Shown in pieces: positions 45,958-56,041 of a stretch of DNA of 64,000 bases. Both the position numbers and the translations under genes were made by a program. The stretch lies in NCBI GenBank assembly GCA_000002445.1, contig CP000068.1:512001-576000 (forward strand), in the 5' to 3' direction. Below the pieces are notes generated by a model. It was given only the letters and a program-made list of their open reading frames with translations. It made no database searches and was not told the origin of the DNA. Position 1 is the first letter of the stretch. Each line of letters begins with the position of its first letter. This stretch comes from Trypanosoma brucei. Its lineage: Eukaryota.

Positions 45958-47853
45958 ATGTTCCGTCGTGCGATTCCCCTACTCTCTGCGAACATCCCGC
46001 GCAGCGTGTGGGATCCCGCACAGCACAACCCCAACTGGTCCGACAGCTACGGTCACGACATAACTAACCGACGAGCGTGGCCGGCGAGGAAGTGGACGGT
46101 TGGTCTGGAACCTTGCACTCCTCGGGAGTGGCTTCAGTTCTCACACCGCAATCTCGCTTATGCGTACAACGGAGCTCTCCGTGCGTGTCATTCGCTGCCG
46201 TCGATGCTTCTCTTGTATAAGGAGATGAAGCAGCGCGGAGTGAAGGTCGACGTTGACACCATGAATGTGTTGCTAACGCGCGCTGCCCGCCATGAGCATA
46301 TTCAAGTAGATGACGTGTTCCTGCTATTCGACGAGCTAGTGGCGCTGGGCGCGCGGCCAGATCTTGCTGCTGCTGAGACATTGCACACTGTGCTCAGCCA
46401 CAGTGCGTCGATGCCTGAGGAGTGGCGTGAGGCCCGACGGCTGCAACTTGTTGAGCTATACAATAATCTGGCGATGGAGGAGGTTGAACGCCTGGCACCA
46501 CACCGTGCGGATCGGCTACTGAAAGAGCAAATGAAGCGGTTTCGTGGCAACCTGCAGCAGCTTGGTTCTGGGCTCCGTCCCACTGTGTACTGCCGCTACT
46601 TACACACCACGCATACGGCTGCAGTGCTTCTTGAGGAGGTGCACAATTTCCTGTGGGAGCTTGTCCCAAATGACCACCCCGCAATGGAAATTCCCGCCCT
46701 GCAGTTGCGTGTTCCGTTCGTTGCATCTGTATTGAGACGTCCATCAGTTAATCCCGGCGTTTCATTAGCATCTGTGAGTCGTGCGGAGTTTGGGGACACG
46801 GATGTGTGTGCCGTTTTTCTTGCAGCCGCGGAGCGCATGGTGGACGCGGATTTTGATGACCAACGGCCTGTGTCTGAGCGCCGCTTGTTCCTCTCTCTTC
46901 TGACAATGATTTCATACAGTGGTGTTTTGTATACATCTGACCTCATGGCACAACTAATGGAGATGGTGAAGTACAGCAATAATGACGAGACACGAGACTC
47001 GGACGCGCAACGTGTGCTGCGGTATGCACTGCGCGGCTCTAGTGCGGCACAAGACAGTGCAAGCCGTACTCTATGGCACAGTGTGGAAAAAGTTGCTGAC
47101 TGCCGCGTTGTTGGGCGCTATATTGGGGCACGCAACCCATGGAATCCTATCCGTGTCTGCTTTGACGAGCAAGGTGTATTTAAGGCTTACCCAATCTCCA
47201 CCACTACTACTACAAGGGAAGTGTCCCCACCTGAGGGTAGCAGTGCGGTGACACAGGAGCAGCGCGCCTCATGTGTGGAAGGTCGGACTCTGGAGGCACT
47301 GAACATGCGATGGGATGATGTGCGGCGTCTTATTGAGTGTACCGGTGTCTTGGTGACGCCGCCATCGGAGCGGTGCCCACAACAGCAGAAAATGGAGGTC
47401 TTCACTGGAATGGCTGTGTATCTGCGCACTGTTGCTACAGGGCGACGGTATGAGGGTGGAGAAGATGTGCTGAGTGATGGTGCCGTAGCCACTTCATCAT
47501 GTGAGCAGCGTCGGCGTGGGACCCTGTTCGCTGAAGGTTATGACTTTGATGTATGGGTTCGACTCTTCTCGCTTGTGCAAGAAGTCCGGCATGATATGGA
47601 AAAGTTCATGGCAGATCATACTCTGCAGTGTGTGGAACCCGAGTTCGAGTGCTGGGAAGCGCTGCTTGTCACGCTTCGGTGCGCCTTAGACTTTTGCGTG
47701 GTGCAGATGCAAGGTGGTGGTGCGCGTGGTACTGAACGTGAGGTGGTGGAGAGGTTGTTTCGGGACGTTGTGGCACTCCGTGAGGAATTAATTGAGGAGA
47801 GCCGTACACGATTCGGAGGGCGGATGCGGGTGCTCTGGCTACAGGAGGCATGA
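45958..47853 (+). CDS. pentatricopeptide-repeat (PPR)-like protein, probable mitochondrial
   Basis: It is ATG-initiated. The N-terminus MFRRAIPLLSANIPRSVW looks like a presequence. Clear PPR-type units follow: SMLLLYKEMKQRGVKVD / VDTMNVLLTRAARHEHIQVDDVFLLFDELVALGARPD / LAAAETLHTVL. Confidence 0.55.
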   Translation: MFRRAIPLLSANIPRSVWDPAQHNPNWSDSYGHDITNRRAWPARKWTVGLEPCTPREWLQFSHRNLAYAYNGALRACHSLPSMLLLYKEMKQRGVKVDVDTMNVLLTRAARHEHIQVDDVFLLFDELVALGARPDLAAAETLHTVLSHSASMPEEWREARRLQLVELYNNLAMEEVERLAPHRADRLLKEQMKRFRGNLQQLGSGLRPTVYCRYLHTTHTAAVLLEEVHNFLWELVPNDHPAMEIPALQLRVPFVASVLRRPSVNPGVSLASVSRAEFGDTDVCAVFLAAAERMVDADFDDQRPVSERRLFLSLLTMISYSGVLYTSDLMAQLMEMVKYSNNDETRDSDAQRVLRYALRGSSAAQDSASRTLWHSVEKVADCRVVGRYIGARNPWNPIRVCFDEQGVFKAYPISTTTTTREVSPPEGSSAVTQEQRASCVEGRTLEALNMRWDDVRRLIECTGVLVTPPSERCPQQQKMEVFTGMAVYLRTVATGRRYEGGEDVLSDGAVATSSCEQRRRGTLFAEGYDFDVWVRLFSLVQEVRHDMEKFMADHTLQCVEPEFECWEALLVTLRCALDFCVVQMQGGGARGTEREVVERLFRDVVALREELIEESRTRFGGRMRVLWLQEA

Positions 47854-48297
47854 AGACTTTCTTTCACTTACATCATCACAGTGCGGGGGTTTGTATTCAC
47901 TCTGTGTAGATATCGGGCGAAACAGTGGGGACACATTGTAAATTGTGGTACCGTCTCTTCACAATGTTTTCTTATCTTCATCAGCTGGTAATTGCCACTT
48001 TTTGCATGAGGTGTGAGGTAGTGGCTCGTGAAATCTGTAGGTGCACTTCATCTGAGGTGTGTATGAGAAGTCATGTGACTGAATAAGATATCACTGTGTG
48101 GAACATATCGTTGTTTATTATGTTGCTTGCATGTACTGCTGTGTTGTGATGTTCATAATTAATTAATACCTTGCTTTCTCTGCCTGTGCACCTCTTTAAC
48201 TTTTCCTCTCCCCCGTTTCCTCCCGCATGGTATAGTGATACCTAACTCCTCTCGGTACCAGAGGCTGCACTCACGTCAGCACACGGGTTGTGGTGCA

Positions 48298-48669
48298 ATG
48301 GTGAACCTGCATGAGCTGGGAGGGCAGCAAGGCTGCGGGGGACCTCAATTTACTCCTGTGGGAGTGTCGTTGACACCGCTGTTGCAGTATTTCTCGCTGC
48401 TCGTTCATGTAGTTGGAAAGCTACCCGGATTTGCTGCCGGGTTCGTGACCGTGTGGCTAGTTTACATTATGTTTATAGGGCGTGATGTGCTTTTGAACAC
48501 GTGCGTTCCTGTTGCTGGGTTCCACATTACTGCACTGTTACTGCTGCGTGAACTATTGACACCATGGCAGGAAGGAATAGCTGGGGCTGCTGAGGTACGT
48601 CGGCGTGTGGCAGCACAGAGGTCGTTTGTGCGGGATGTGCAGTTACAATGGGGAGCAAAACTCGATTGA
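48298..48669 (+). CDS. small hydrophobic hypothetical protein
   Basis: The track ORF opens with GTG 48235; the first ATG is 48298. A poly-Y tract at 48170-48226 precedes it. It has two or three predicted transmembrane segments. The call is weak. Confidence 0.25.
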   Translation: MVNLHELGGQQGCGGPQFTPVGVSLTPLLQYFSLLVHVVGKLPGFAAGFVTVWLVYIMFIGRDVLLNTCVPVAGFHITALLLLRELLTPWQEGIAGAAEVRRRVAAQRSFVRDVQLQWGAKLD

Positions 48670-48904
48670 CAGTCATGGAGGTGGACATTACATGTGTTAG
48701 TGGTGTGGCTTTCTTTTAGGTGATGCCCTGCACCCTTTCCATTGCACAGTGTGCAAAAGAGTGATATTTTTCAGGTACTGCTGTTGTTATTGTTGTTCCG
48801 CTATGGATTGAGTGCTTGTGAGCAGCGGCACCTGGCTACGCAGGATTGTGAGAGCAGTGTGCTTACCCTTATAGTCACTGTTTGTATATAATTATGCACT
48901 CGTG

Positions 48905-51750
48905 TGTGTATGTGTGTGTGCTATTGATGTGCTTGCTTCCAACAACACTCGTTCTGTCTACCTTTGTTTACTCTTGTTAGACTCTCGAAGCGATTACCGT
49001 GCAATATTTCGTTGATAACAAGGTGGAATGATGTGTACCGCAACCGTTATGAGGACTCCCTCTGCGGTTTTGTGCCTGCTGCTTGCGGCAACCCTGACTC
49101 TCAGCACTCCCGTTGCCGTTCGCGGGGAAGTGCTTAAGGATGCGACCCCTACAGTTGTGACAGTCTGGTATAACGCCACGAGCGGCGGTTTCTATGCTAC
49201 GGATGGTCTTGCATCTGGTAAGTATGCTGCAATCGTGAATGTGAGTAACACTTTCAACAAGACCGGTTGGGACGTTGTGACTGCTGTGGCAAACGATGGT
49301 TTCATGCATTTGCCTGGAGAAGCGGAACCGTCAGCAGAGCGCGTGCTACTGGCATACAAGGCTGTAGGTTTTGGTGAAGGCTACGCCACGTATGAGAGCA
49401 TGAAGGCTTCCATAAACAATACGTTTGAGGGTCCTGAGGGTCTCTCTGCGCTTTTGTCTGATGCGCCGCAGGCACAACACTGGATTGAAGAGCACGTTCG
49501 GTATATGGACGCTGCGAAGTTCGAGAGCAGTGCATTCTACACCCAGCTGCGAAACATGTTAGCTCTCATTGATGGTATGGTTGCTGGTTACAACGCTCGT
49601 GCCCCTGCTGACGAACGGTTGGATCGGATGAAGCTGTTAATGTACAACATGCAAGCAGAGATTGGTGACATTGTGAGGGCCACATCCCCTGCGGAGGTAT
49701 TGGATGATATGCGTCAGATGATGCCGCGGTGGTTTGTTGACACCCACTGTTCTGCCTTTGTAAAGGTCGTAAAGGATGACATCTACTTTGGTCACGCCAC
49801 GTGGAGCAGCTTCAATACTATGTTGAGGCAGTACAAAACGTATGCCTTCGGCGGGCGCTTCGTTACCATGTCATCTTACCCAGGTTTGGCGCACAGTGTG
49901 GATGATTGGTACATGACACACAAGCGCCTCGCAGTCATGGAGACCACCAACGTCATACACAATGCAACGCTGCTGCGCAACCATGTCGGTTCCTCTAGCG
50001 TGGCTACGTTTCTGCGTGCGATGATCGCGAACTTCATTGCGGTGGACGCCCCCTCATGGGTGTCGAACTTCAGCAGGGAAAGCAGTGGGGCGTACAACAA
50101 TCAGTGGATGGTGCTCAACATGGGTGCAGTGGAGTCCGAGGCGATGTTTAAAAACATGGCACCCAACACCTTTTGGGTGTTAGAGCAGCTCCCTGGTACT
50201 GCTCCTCCGTTGGGTATAACATCTAAGGATATGACCAGCGTGCTGAACACCACTGGGTACTGGGCGAGTTATAACAGACCGTACTTCCCCAATGTGTACA
50301 ATCTTTCAGGTACGCTGAAGATGCAGGAGGAATACGGTGACTTCTATTCTTACAAGAATTACTCACGCGCCCGGATATTTGAACGTGATCAGGGTTCTGT
50401 GGTCGATATTGAAAGCATGAAGAGGCTGATGCGTTACAACAACTACACGAAAGACCCATTTTCTCTTATTCCCAACTGCACTGGTGCTGTTGGTATGGAT
50501 GACGATGGTAATGTGACTAATGTCTGCAAGCCTCCATACAGTGCGATGCTTTCAATCGCAGCACGTGGTGATTTGAACCCTCCTGGTAATGCGACCGAGT
50601 ACGGCCCACTTGTCCGAAGTGTAGGACACGTAAATAGTGGAGCTATCGATGCAAAGATAGCGACGTGGACGGGGATGGTGAAGAATCCTGAAAGTTATAC
50701 TGCTCATGTTGTCTGTGGCCCGACGACCGATAATCAACCACCGTTTCAGTGGGTGGACGGCATGTTCGATCCCATGCCCCCAACATATGGGTTGCTGAAA
50801 TTGTATAACTTTAGCTTCGTAGTCATGGAGACGCCGATCCGACCTTCCGGTGGTAGTAATAGTTGGAGGAGCACTGGCATCATTGCTGTTGTGGCGGCGC
50901 TGGTTGTGGGTGTGATTGCCGTCGTCCTCATGCGTCCGAGGCGGCGTACCGAAGAGGATGAACTTCTTCCCGAAGAGGCTGAAGGTCTTATAGATCCTCA
51001 GAACTAGAAGCTATGATAATGACGCACTTACCTCTCCTCTCTTCCCGAGGTGTAGATATTGCTGAACTGATGTGATGTGCGGTGGGGAGCTGAGAGGTGC
51101 ACCAGATGCAATGTACCAATGCTTTAAATGAACATTGTGTCTCCTCTGCTATGTAGGTAGTAGTTTTTATACTTGAGGGAGTAGCGTGTCTGTGTGTGGT
51201 TGCTCTGTGCTTGAAAGGGAGTGTGATGAGCGCTCCGGTTCCCGCAGAATCGGTTACAACTAAGGTAACTCTCTCCCTGATTTTGCTTGCTTCCTACGGG
51301 GATTCATATGAGGCCCGTAATGACGGAAAAAGAAGGTGCGAGAAAGAATGGTAAGTGTAAAAAATGGGAATGGTAATAAGCGATGGATGTAGGAAGTGAG
51401 GTGTATAGGAATAGAAGAGATGAATGTGCCCGCGCGTGAATATGTTGTGGTGGTACCAGCGATGTGGCATGTAGTGTTGGGGCGCAGTGTAGAGAAAGGA
51501 AGAGATCAGTTGCCGCATAGTTGATGCAGCACTCCTCCCCATATCTTCTACATCCTCCTCTAGTCGTACGTTAACGCGTGGTGATTCCCTCGCATGCCAT
51601 TGCCGCTGTTGCCAGTGCTGTGTTCCGTCCGTTCTGTGCGTCCCGTGAGTAATACACGGCGTAGTGTTGCATTGTTTTTGTTTTTGTTTTTGCTTACCTT
51701 CCTTTTGTTCCAACGCACATTCCAATGCGTGTGTTTTTTTCGTGTAGCGA
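48905..51750 (+). repeat. direct duplication, copy A (about 2.85 kb: 5' flank, p67 CDS and about 740 bp of 3' flank)
   Basis: It is near-identical to 52975-55818, with an offset of 4070 bp that becomes 4076 after a 6-bp indel. Outside the cassette the p67 coding region differs only by one substitution (49151 A vs 53221 G, giving T41A); the flanks were compared only at their boundaries. The exception is a replaced cassette at 50836-50952 vs 54906-55028. Confidence 0.9.
49028..51007 (+). CDS. p67: lysosomal/endosomal type I membrane glycoprotein p67 (phospholipase-B-like family), copy 1
   Basis: The layout is a signal peptide (MMCTATVMRTPSAVLCLLLAATLTLS), a large lumenal domain with many N-x-S/T sequons, a single C-terminal transmembrane helix (IIAVVAALVVGVIAVVL) and a short cytosolic tail RPRRRTEEDELLPEEAEGLIDPQN. 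The tail has two acidic di-leucine-type motifs. This matches what I recall of T. brucei p67. Confidence 0.8.
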   Translation: MMCTATVMRTPSAVLCLLLAATLTLSTPVAVRGEVLKDATPTVVTVWYNATSGGFYATDGLASGKYAAIVNVSNTFNKTGWDVVTAVANDGFMHLPGEAEPSAERVLLAYKAVGFGEGYATYESMKASINNTFEGPEGLSALLSDAPQAQHWIEEHVRYMDAAKFESSAFYTQLRNMLALIDGMVAGYNARAPADERLDRMKLLMYNMQAEIGDIVRATSPAEVLDDMRQMMPRWFVDTHCSAFVKVVKDDIYFGHATWSSFNTMLRQYKTYAFGGRFVTMSSYPGLAHSVDDWYMTHKRLAVMETTNVIHNATLLRNHVGSSSVATFLRAMIANFIAVDAPSWVSNFSRESSGAYNNQWMVLNMGAVESEAMFKNMAPNTFWVLEQLPGTAPPLGITSKDMTSVLNTTGYWASYNRPYFPNVYNLSGTLKMQEEYGDFYSYKNYSRARIFERDQGSVVDIESMKRLMRYNNYTKDPFSLIPNCTGAVGMDDDGNVTNVCKPPYSAMLSIAARGDLNPPGNATEYGPLVRSVGHVNSGAIDAKIATWTGMVKNPESYTAHVVCGPTTDNQPPFQWVDGMFDPMPPTYGLLKLYNFSFVVMETPIRPSGGSNSWRSTGIIAVVAALVVGVIAVVLMRPRRRTEEDELLPEEAEGLIDPQN

Positions 51751-51965
51751 AGTGAATTCTCTCCCCCTCGAGTGGTGTGGGAGGACGACTGAGTGCCTTT
51801 CTTTGTGTGCTCAGAAGCCCATGTACCCCATTGTATTGGCTGTGCCGCTACTTTTGTACGGGTTGCATGCATGAGCAAATATATATCCCCTTTTCTTCGC
51901 CTCTAATTTGCATGGAAGTGGAACGAGCACATTTCACTCACACAAGGATTTGATTAAAGGAAGAA

Positions 51966-52289
51966 ATGTCGCAGCAGCTTGCATGCACATACGCCTCCTT
52001 GATACTCTCTGGCAGCGGGAATGTTGACGCCGCGAAGCTGCTTGCCGTAACAAATGCTGCTGGCGTTACTGTCAGTAAAGGTATGGCAGAAGCTTTTGCC
52101 TCAATTCTTGGTGGTATTTCCATTGATGAGGTTCTTGGCAATATTGCGTTCGGTGGTGGTGCGCCTGTTGCGTCTAGTGGAGGCGCCGCTGCTGCTGCTC
52201 CTGCCGCCGGTGGCGCACCTGCTGCCGCTGCTCCTGCAAAGGAGGAAGAGGAAGATGATGATGATATGGGCTTCGGTCTTTTTGACTAA
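51966..52289 (+). CDS. 60S acidic ribosomal stalk protein, P1/P2 family (most like P1)
   Basis: This 107-aa ORF has the P1-like N-terminus QQLACTYASLIL...AAGV. A flexible Ala/Gly/Pro hinge follows. The invariant stalk C-terminus is EEEEDDDDMGFGLFD. Confidence 0.88.
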   Translation: MSQQLACTYASLILSGSGNVDAAKLLAVTNAAGVTVSKGMAEAFASILGGISIDEVLGNIAFGGGAPVASSGGAAAAAPAAGGAPAAAAPAKEEEEDDDDMGFGLFD

Positions 52290-52974
52290 GCGCGCTCCTA
52301 GCAGTGTGATTGTTGCTCGCACAGAAAGAGAGTTTGTTTCATTCCTTTTTTTAATTTTTATTTGTTCTTTGTTTTCAAGTAACTGGTACACGCTGTGGCC
52401 ACCCTGTTGACAGTTTAAAAAAAAACCTATTGTGTTTTAGTGTATGTTTTGTTTTGCAAACACGAAACGCTGCTTTCTAAAAAAAAAAATCACTTTTAGC
52501 ACCTTTTAAACGACACCTCCTATCACTCTCCAGTAAGGCAAAAAGATAGAAGATATATAATGGCGATCATACACCTGGTGGCTTTCTTTTCAAAGACTTT
52601 GCGTATCAGTTAATTACGTTTACGACATGACGTCTTTGCGAGTGCAACCTACTTGTTGGGTAAGTGTGCACTTGGCTGTTTTTGCTTATCGGTTCTTGTA
52701 TTGTGTTTAAAGGGCAGTGCCTCTGATGTCAGAATGTGTGGTGTGTGTTGCTGTGATCCGTCATCATACGCTACAGTTTTGTATGGTCGATGGCCGTATT
52801 TATGTACAGTAAAGAAAATGTGAGCGATGTCTGCAATATTATTTACTGGATACTCTGCCCAAGTGCTGTTTGTGGACGTGATTCTATGATGTTTGTAAAC
52901 TGTTAATTGTCGCTGTCACTAACCGTACATAATGCTCTACTGTGTGGACACGCTTGTTTACTCTAGTGTGTATG

Positions 52975-55818
52975 CGTGTATGTGTGTGTGCTATTGATGT
53001 GCTTGCTTCCAACAACACTCGTTCTGTCTACCTTTGTTTACTCTTGTTAGACTCTCGAAGCGATTACCGTGCAATATTTCGTTGATAACAAGGTGGAATG
53101 ATGTGTACCGCAACCGTTATGAGGACTCCCTCTGCGGTTTTGTGCCTGCTGCTTGCGGCAACCCTGACTCTCAGCACTCCCGTTGCCGTTCGCGGGGAAG
53201 TGCTTAAGGATGCGACCCCTGCAGTTGTGACAGTCTGGTATAACGCCACGAGCGGCGGTTTCTATGCTACGGATGGTCTTGCATCTGGTAAGTATGCTGC
53301 AATCGTGAATGTGAGTAACACTTTCAACAAGACCGGTTGGGACGTTGTGACTGCTGTGGCAAACGATGGTTTCATGCATTTGCCTGGAGAAGCGGAACCG
53401 TCAGCAGAGCGCGTGCTACTGGCATACAAGGCTGTAGGTTTTGGTGAAGGCTACGCCACGTATGAGAGCATGAAGGCTTCCATAAACAATACGTTTGAGG
53501 GTCCTGAGGGTCTCTCTGCGCTTTTGTCTGATGCGCCGCAGGCACAACACTGGATTGAAGAGCACGTTCGGTATATGGACGCTGCGAAGTTCGAGAGCAG
53601 TGCATTCTACACCCAGCTGCGAAACATGTTAGCTCTCATTGATGGTATGGTTGCTGGTTACAACGCTCGTGCCCCTGCTGACGAACGGTTGGATCGGATG
53701 AAGCTGTTAATGTACAACATGCAAGCAGAGATTGGTGACATTGTGAGGGCCACATCCCCTGCGGAGGTATTGGATGATATGCGTCAGATGATGCCGCGGT
53801 GGTTTGTTGACACCCACTGTTCTGCCTTTGTAAAGGTCGTAAAGGATGACATCTACTTTGGTCACGCCACGTGGAGCAGCTTCAATACTATGTTGAGGCA
53901 GTACAAAACGTATGCCTTCGGCGGGCGCTTCGTTACCATGTCATCTTACCCAGGTTTGGCGCACAGTGTGGATGATTGGTACATGACACACAAGCGCCTC
54001 GCAGTCATGGAGACCACCAACGTCATACACAATGCAACGCTGCTGCGCAACCATGTCGGTTCCTCTAGCGTGGCTACGTTTCTGCGTGCGATGATCGCGA
54101 ACTTCATTGCGGTGGACGCCCCCTCATGGGTGTCGAACTTCAGCAGGGAAAGCAGTGGGGCGTACAACAATCAGTGGATGGTGCTCAACATGGGTGCAGT
54201 GGAGTCCGAGGCGATGTTTAAAAACATGGCACCCAACACCTTTTGGGTGTTAGAGCAGCTCCCTGGTACTGCTCCTCCGTTGGGTATAACATCTAAGGAT
54301 ATGACCAGCGTGCTGAACACCACTGGGTACTGGGCGAGTTATAACAGACCGTACTTCCCCAATGTGTACAATCTTTCAGGTACGCTGAAGATGCAGGAGG
54401 AATACGGTGACTTCTATTCTTACAAGAATTACTCACGCGCCCGGATATTTGAACGTGATCAGGGTTCTGTGGTCGATATTGAAAGCATGAAGAGGCTGAT
54501 GCGTTACAACAACTACACGAAAGACCCATTTTCTCTTATTCCCAACTGCACTGGTGCTGTTGGTATGGATGACGATGGTAATGTGACTAATGTCTGCAAG
54601 CCTCCATACAGTGCGATGCTTTCAATCGCAGCACGTGGTGATTTGAACCCTCCTGGTAATGCGACCGAGTACGGCCCACTTGTCCGAAGTGTAGGACACG
54701 TAAATAGTGGAGCTATCGATGCAAAGATAGCGACGTGGACGGGGATGGTGAAGAATCCTGAAAGTTATACTGCTCATGTTGTCTGTGGCCCGACGACCGA
54801 TAATCAACCACCGTTTCAGTGGGTGGACGGCATGTTCGATCCCATGCCCCCAACATATGGGTTGCTGAAATTGTATAACTTTAGCTTCGTAGCCATGGAG
54901 ACGCCGTTTTTTAAAAGCGATGTTGTCGACGTAGTTTGGTGGATTATTTCGGGAATTGGAATAGGAGCTACTATTTTATTACTATCTATTGTTCTTTATT
55001 ATAATACCGAGTGTAGTGTCGGTGTTGATGAGGATGAACTTCTTCCCGAAGAGGCTGAAGGTCTTATAGATCCTCAGAACTAGAAGCTATGATAATGACG
55101 CACTTACCTCTCCTCTCTTCCCGAGGTCTAGATATTGCTGAACTGATGTGATGTGCGGTGGGGAGCTGAGAGGTGCACCAGATGCAATGTACCAATGCTT
55201 TAAATGAACATTGTGTCTCCTCTGCTATGTAGGTAGTAGTTTTTATACTTGAGGGAGTAGCGTGTCTGTGTGTGGTTGCTCTGTGCTTGAAAGGGAGTGT
55301 GATGAGCGCTCCGGTTCCCGCAGAATCGGTTACAACTAAGGTAACTCTCTCCCTGATTTTGCTTGCTTCCTACGGGGATTCATATGAGGCCCGTAATGAC
55401 GGAAAAAGAAGGTGCGAGAAAGAATGGTAAGTGTAAAAAATGGGAATGGTAATAAGCGATGGATGTAGGAAGTGAGGTGTATAGGAATAGAAGAGATGAA
55501 TGTGCCCGCGCGTGAATATGTTGTGGTGGTACCAGCGATGTGGCATGTAGTGTTGGGGCGCAGTGTAGAGAAAGGAAGAGATCAGTTGCCGCATAGTTGA
55601 TGCAGCACTCCTCCCCATATCTTTTACATCCTCCTCTAGTCGTACGTTAACGCGTGGTGATTCCCTCGCATGCCATTGCCGCTGTTGCCAGTGCTGTGTT
55701 CCGTCCGTTCTGTGCGTCCCGTGAGTAATACACGGCGTAGTGTTGCATTGTTTTTGTTTTTGTTTTTGCTTACCTTCCTTTTGTTCCAACGCACATTCCA
55801 ATGCGTGTGTTTTTTAGC
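52975..55818 (+). repeat. direct duplication, copy B
   Basis: See copy A. Confidence 0.9.
53098..55083 (+). CDS. p67: p67 lysosomal membrane glycoprotein, copy 2, with a variant stem/transmembrane cassette
   Basis: It is identical to copy 1 apart from T41A and the segment FFKSDVVDVVWWIISGIGIGATILLLSIVLYYNTECSVGVD replacing IRPSGGSNSWRSTGIIAVVAALVVGVIAVVLMRPRRRTE. The ...EDELLPEEAEGLIDPQN tail is retained. Confidence 0.8.
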   Translation: MMCTATVMRTPSAVLCLLLAATLTLSTPVAVRGEVLKDATPAVVTVWYNATSGGFYATDGLASGKYAAIVNVSNTFNKTGWDVVTAVANDGFMHLPGEAEPSAERVLLAYKAVGFGEGYATYESMKASINNTFEGPEGLSALLSDAPQAQHWIEEHVRYMDAAKFESSAFYTQLRNMLALIDGMVAGYNARAPADERLDRMKLLMYNMQAEIGDIVRATSPAEVLDDMRQMMPRWFVDTHCSAFVKVVKDDIYFGHATWSSFNTMLRQYKTYAFGGRFVTMSSYPGLAHSVDDWYMTHKRLAVMETTNVIHNATLLRNHVGSSSVATFLRAMIANFIAVDAPSWVSNFSRESSGAYNNQWMVLNMGAVESEAMFKNMAPNTFWVLEQLPGTAPPLGITSKDMTSVLNTTGYWASYNRPYFPNVYNLSGTLKMQEEYGDFYSYKNYSRARIFERDQGSVVDIESMKRLMRYNNYTKDPFSLIPNCTGAVGMDDDGNVTNVCKPPYSAMLSIAARGDLNPPGNATEYGPLVRSVGHVNSGAIDAKIATWTGMVKNPESYTAHVVCGPTTDNQPPFQWVDGMFDPMPPTYGLLKLYNFSFVAMETPFFKSDVVDVVWWIISGIGIGATILLLSIVLYYNTECSVGVDEDELLPEEAEGLIDPQN

Positions 55819-55920
55819 GTACTGTAGTTGATTCATTTGTGGCGGTCGTTTTGCGTTGGTGTCATTTGTTCGTGTAATTTGTTGTTGTTGTTGAAGCAGC
55901 CTGCAGTTGCCAATTTTTTG

Positions 55921-56017
55921 TCTTTGATTTTTTTAAAAAATTTTTCGTTTGTTATGGTTTTGTTGTTCTATATCTTTTTTAAAATTTCTTTCCTTTCCTT
56001 TTATATTTCTTCGTTAA
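55921..56017 (+). promoter_or_regulatory. extended poly-pyrimidine/T-rich tract, a candidate trans-splicing signal
   Basis: The sequence ttttgtctttgatttttttaaaaaatttttcgtttgttatggttttgttgttctatatcttttttaaaatttctttcctttcc lies immediately upstream of the 56018/56042 ORF. Confidence 0.35.
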
Positions 56018-56041
56018 GTGGCTTTCATTGTGGTGGTGCTA

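Noticed and set aside
51294-51878. Minus-strand 194-aa ORF, and its duplicate at 55370-55801.
   Set aside because: It lies in the co-duplicated 3' flank of p67. Its composition is low-complexity (HTKKGTQSSSHTT...), it is antisense to the unidirectional gene array, and it exists twice only because the flank is duplicated.
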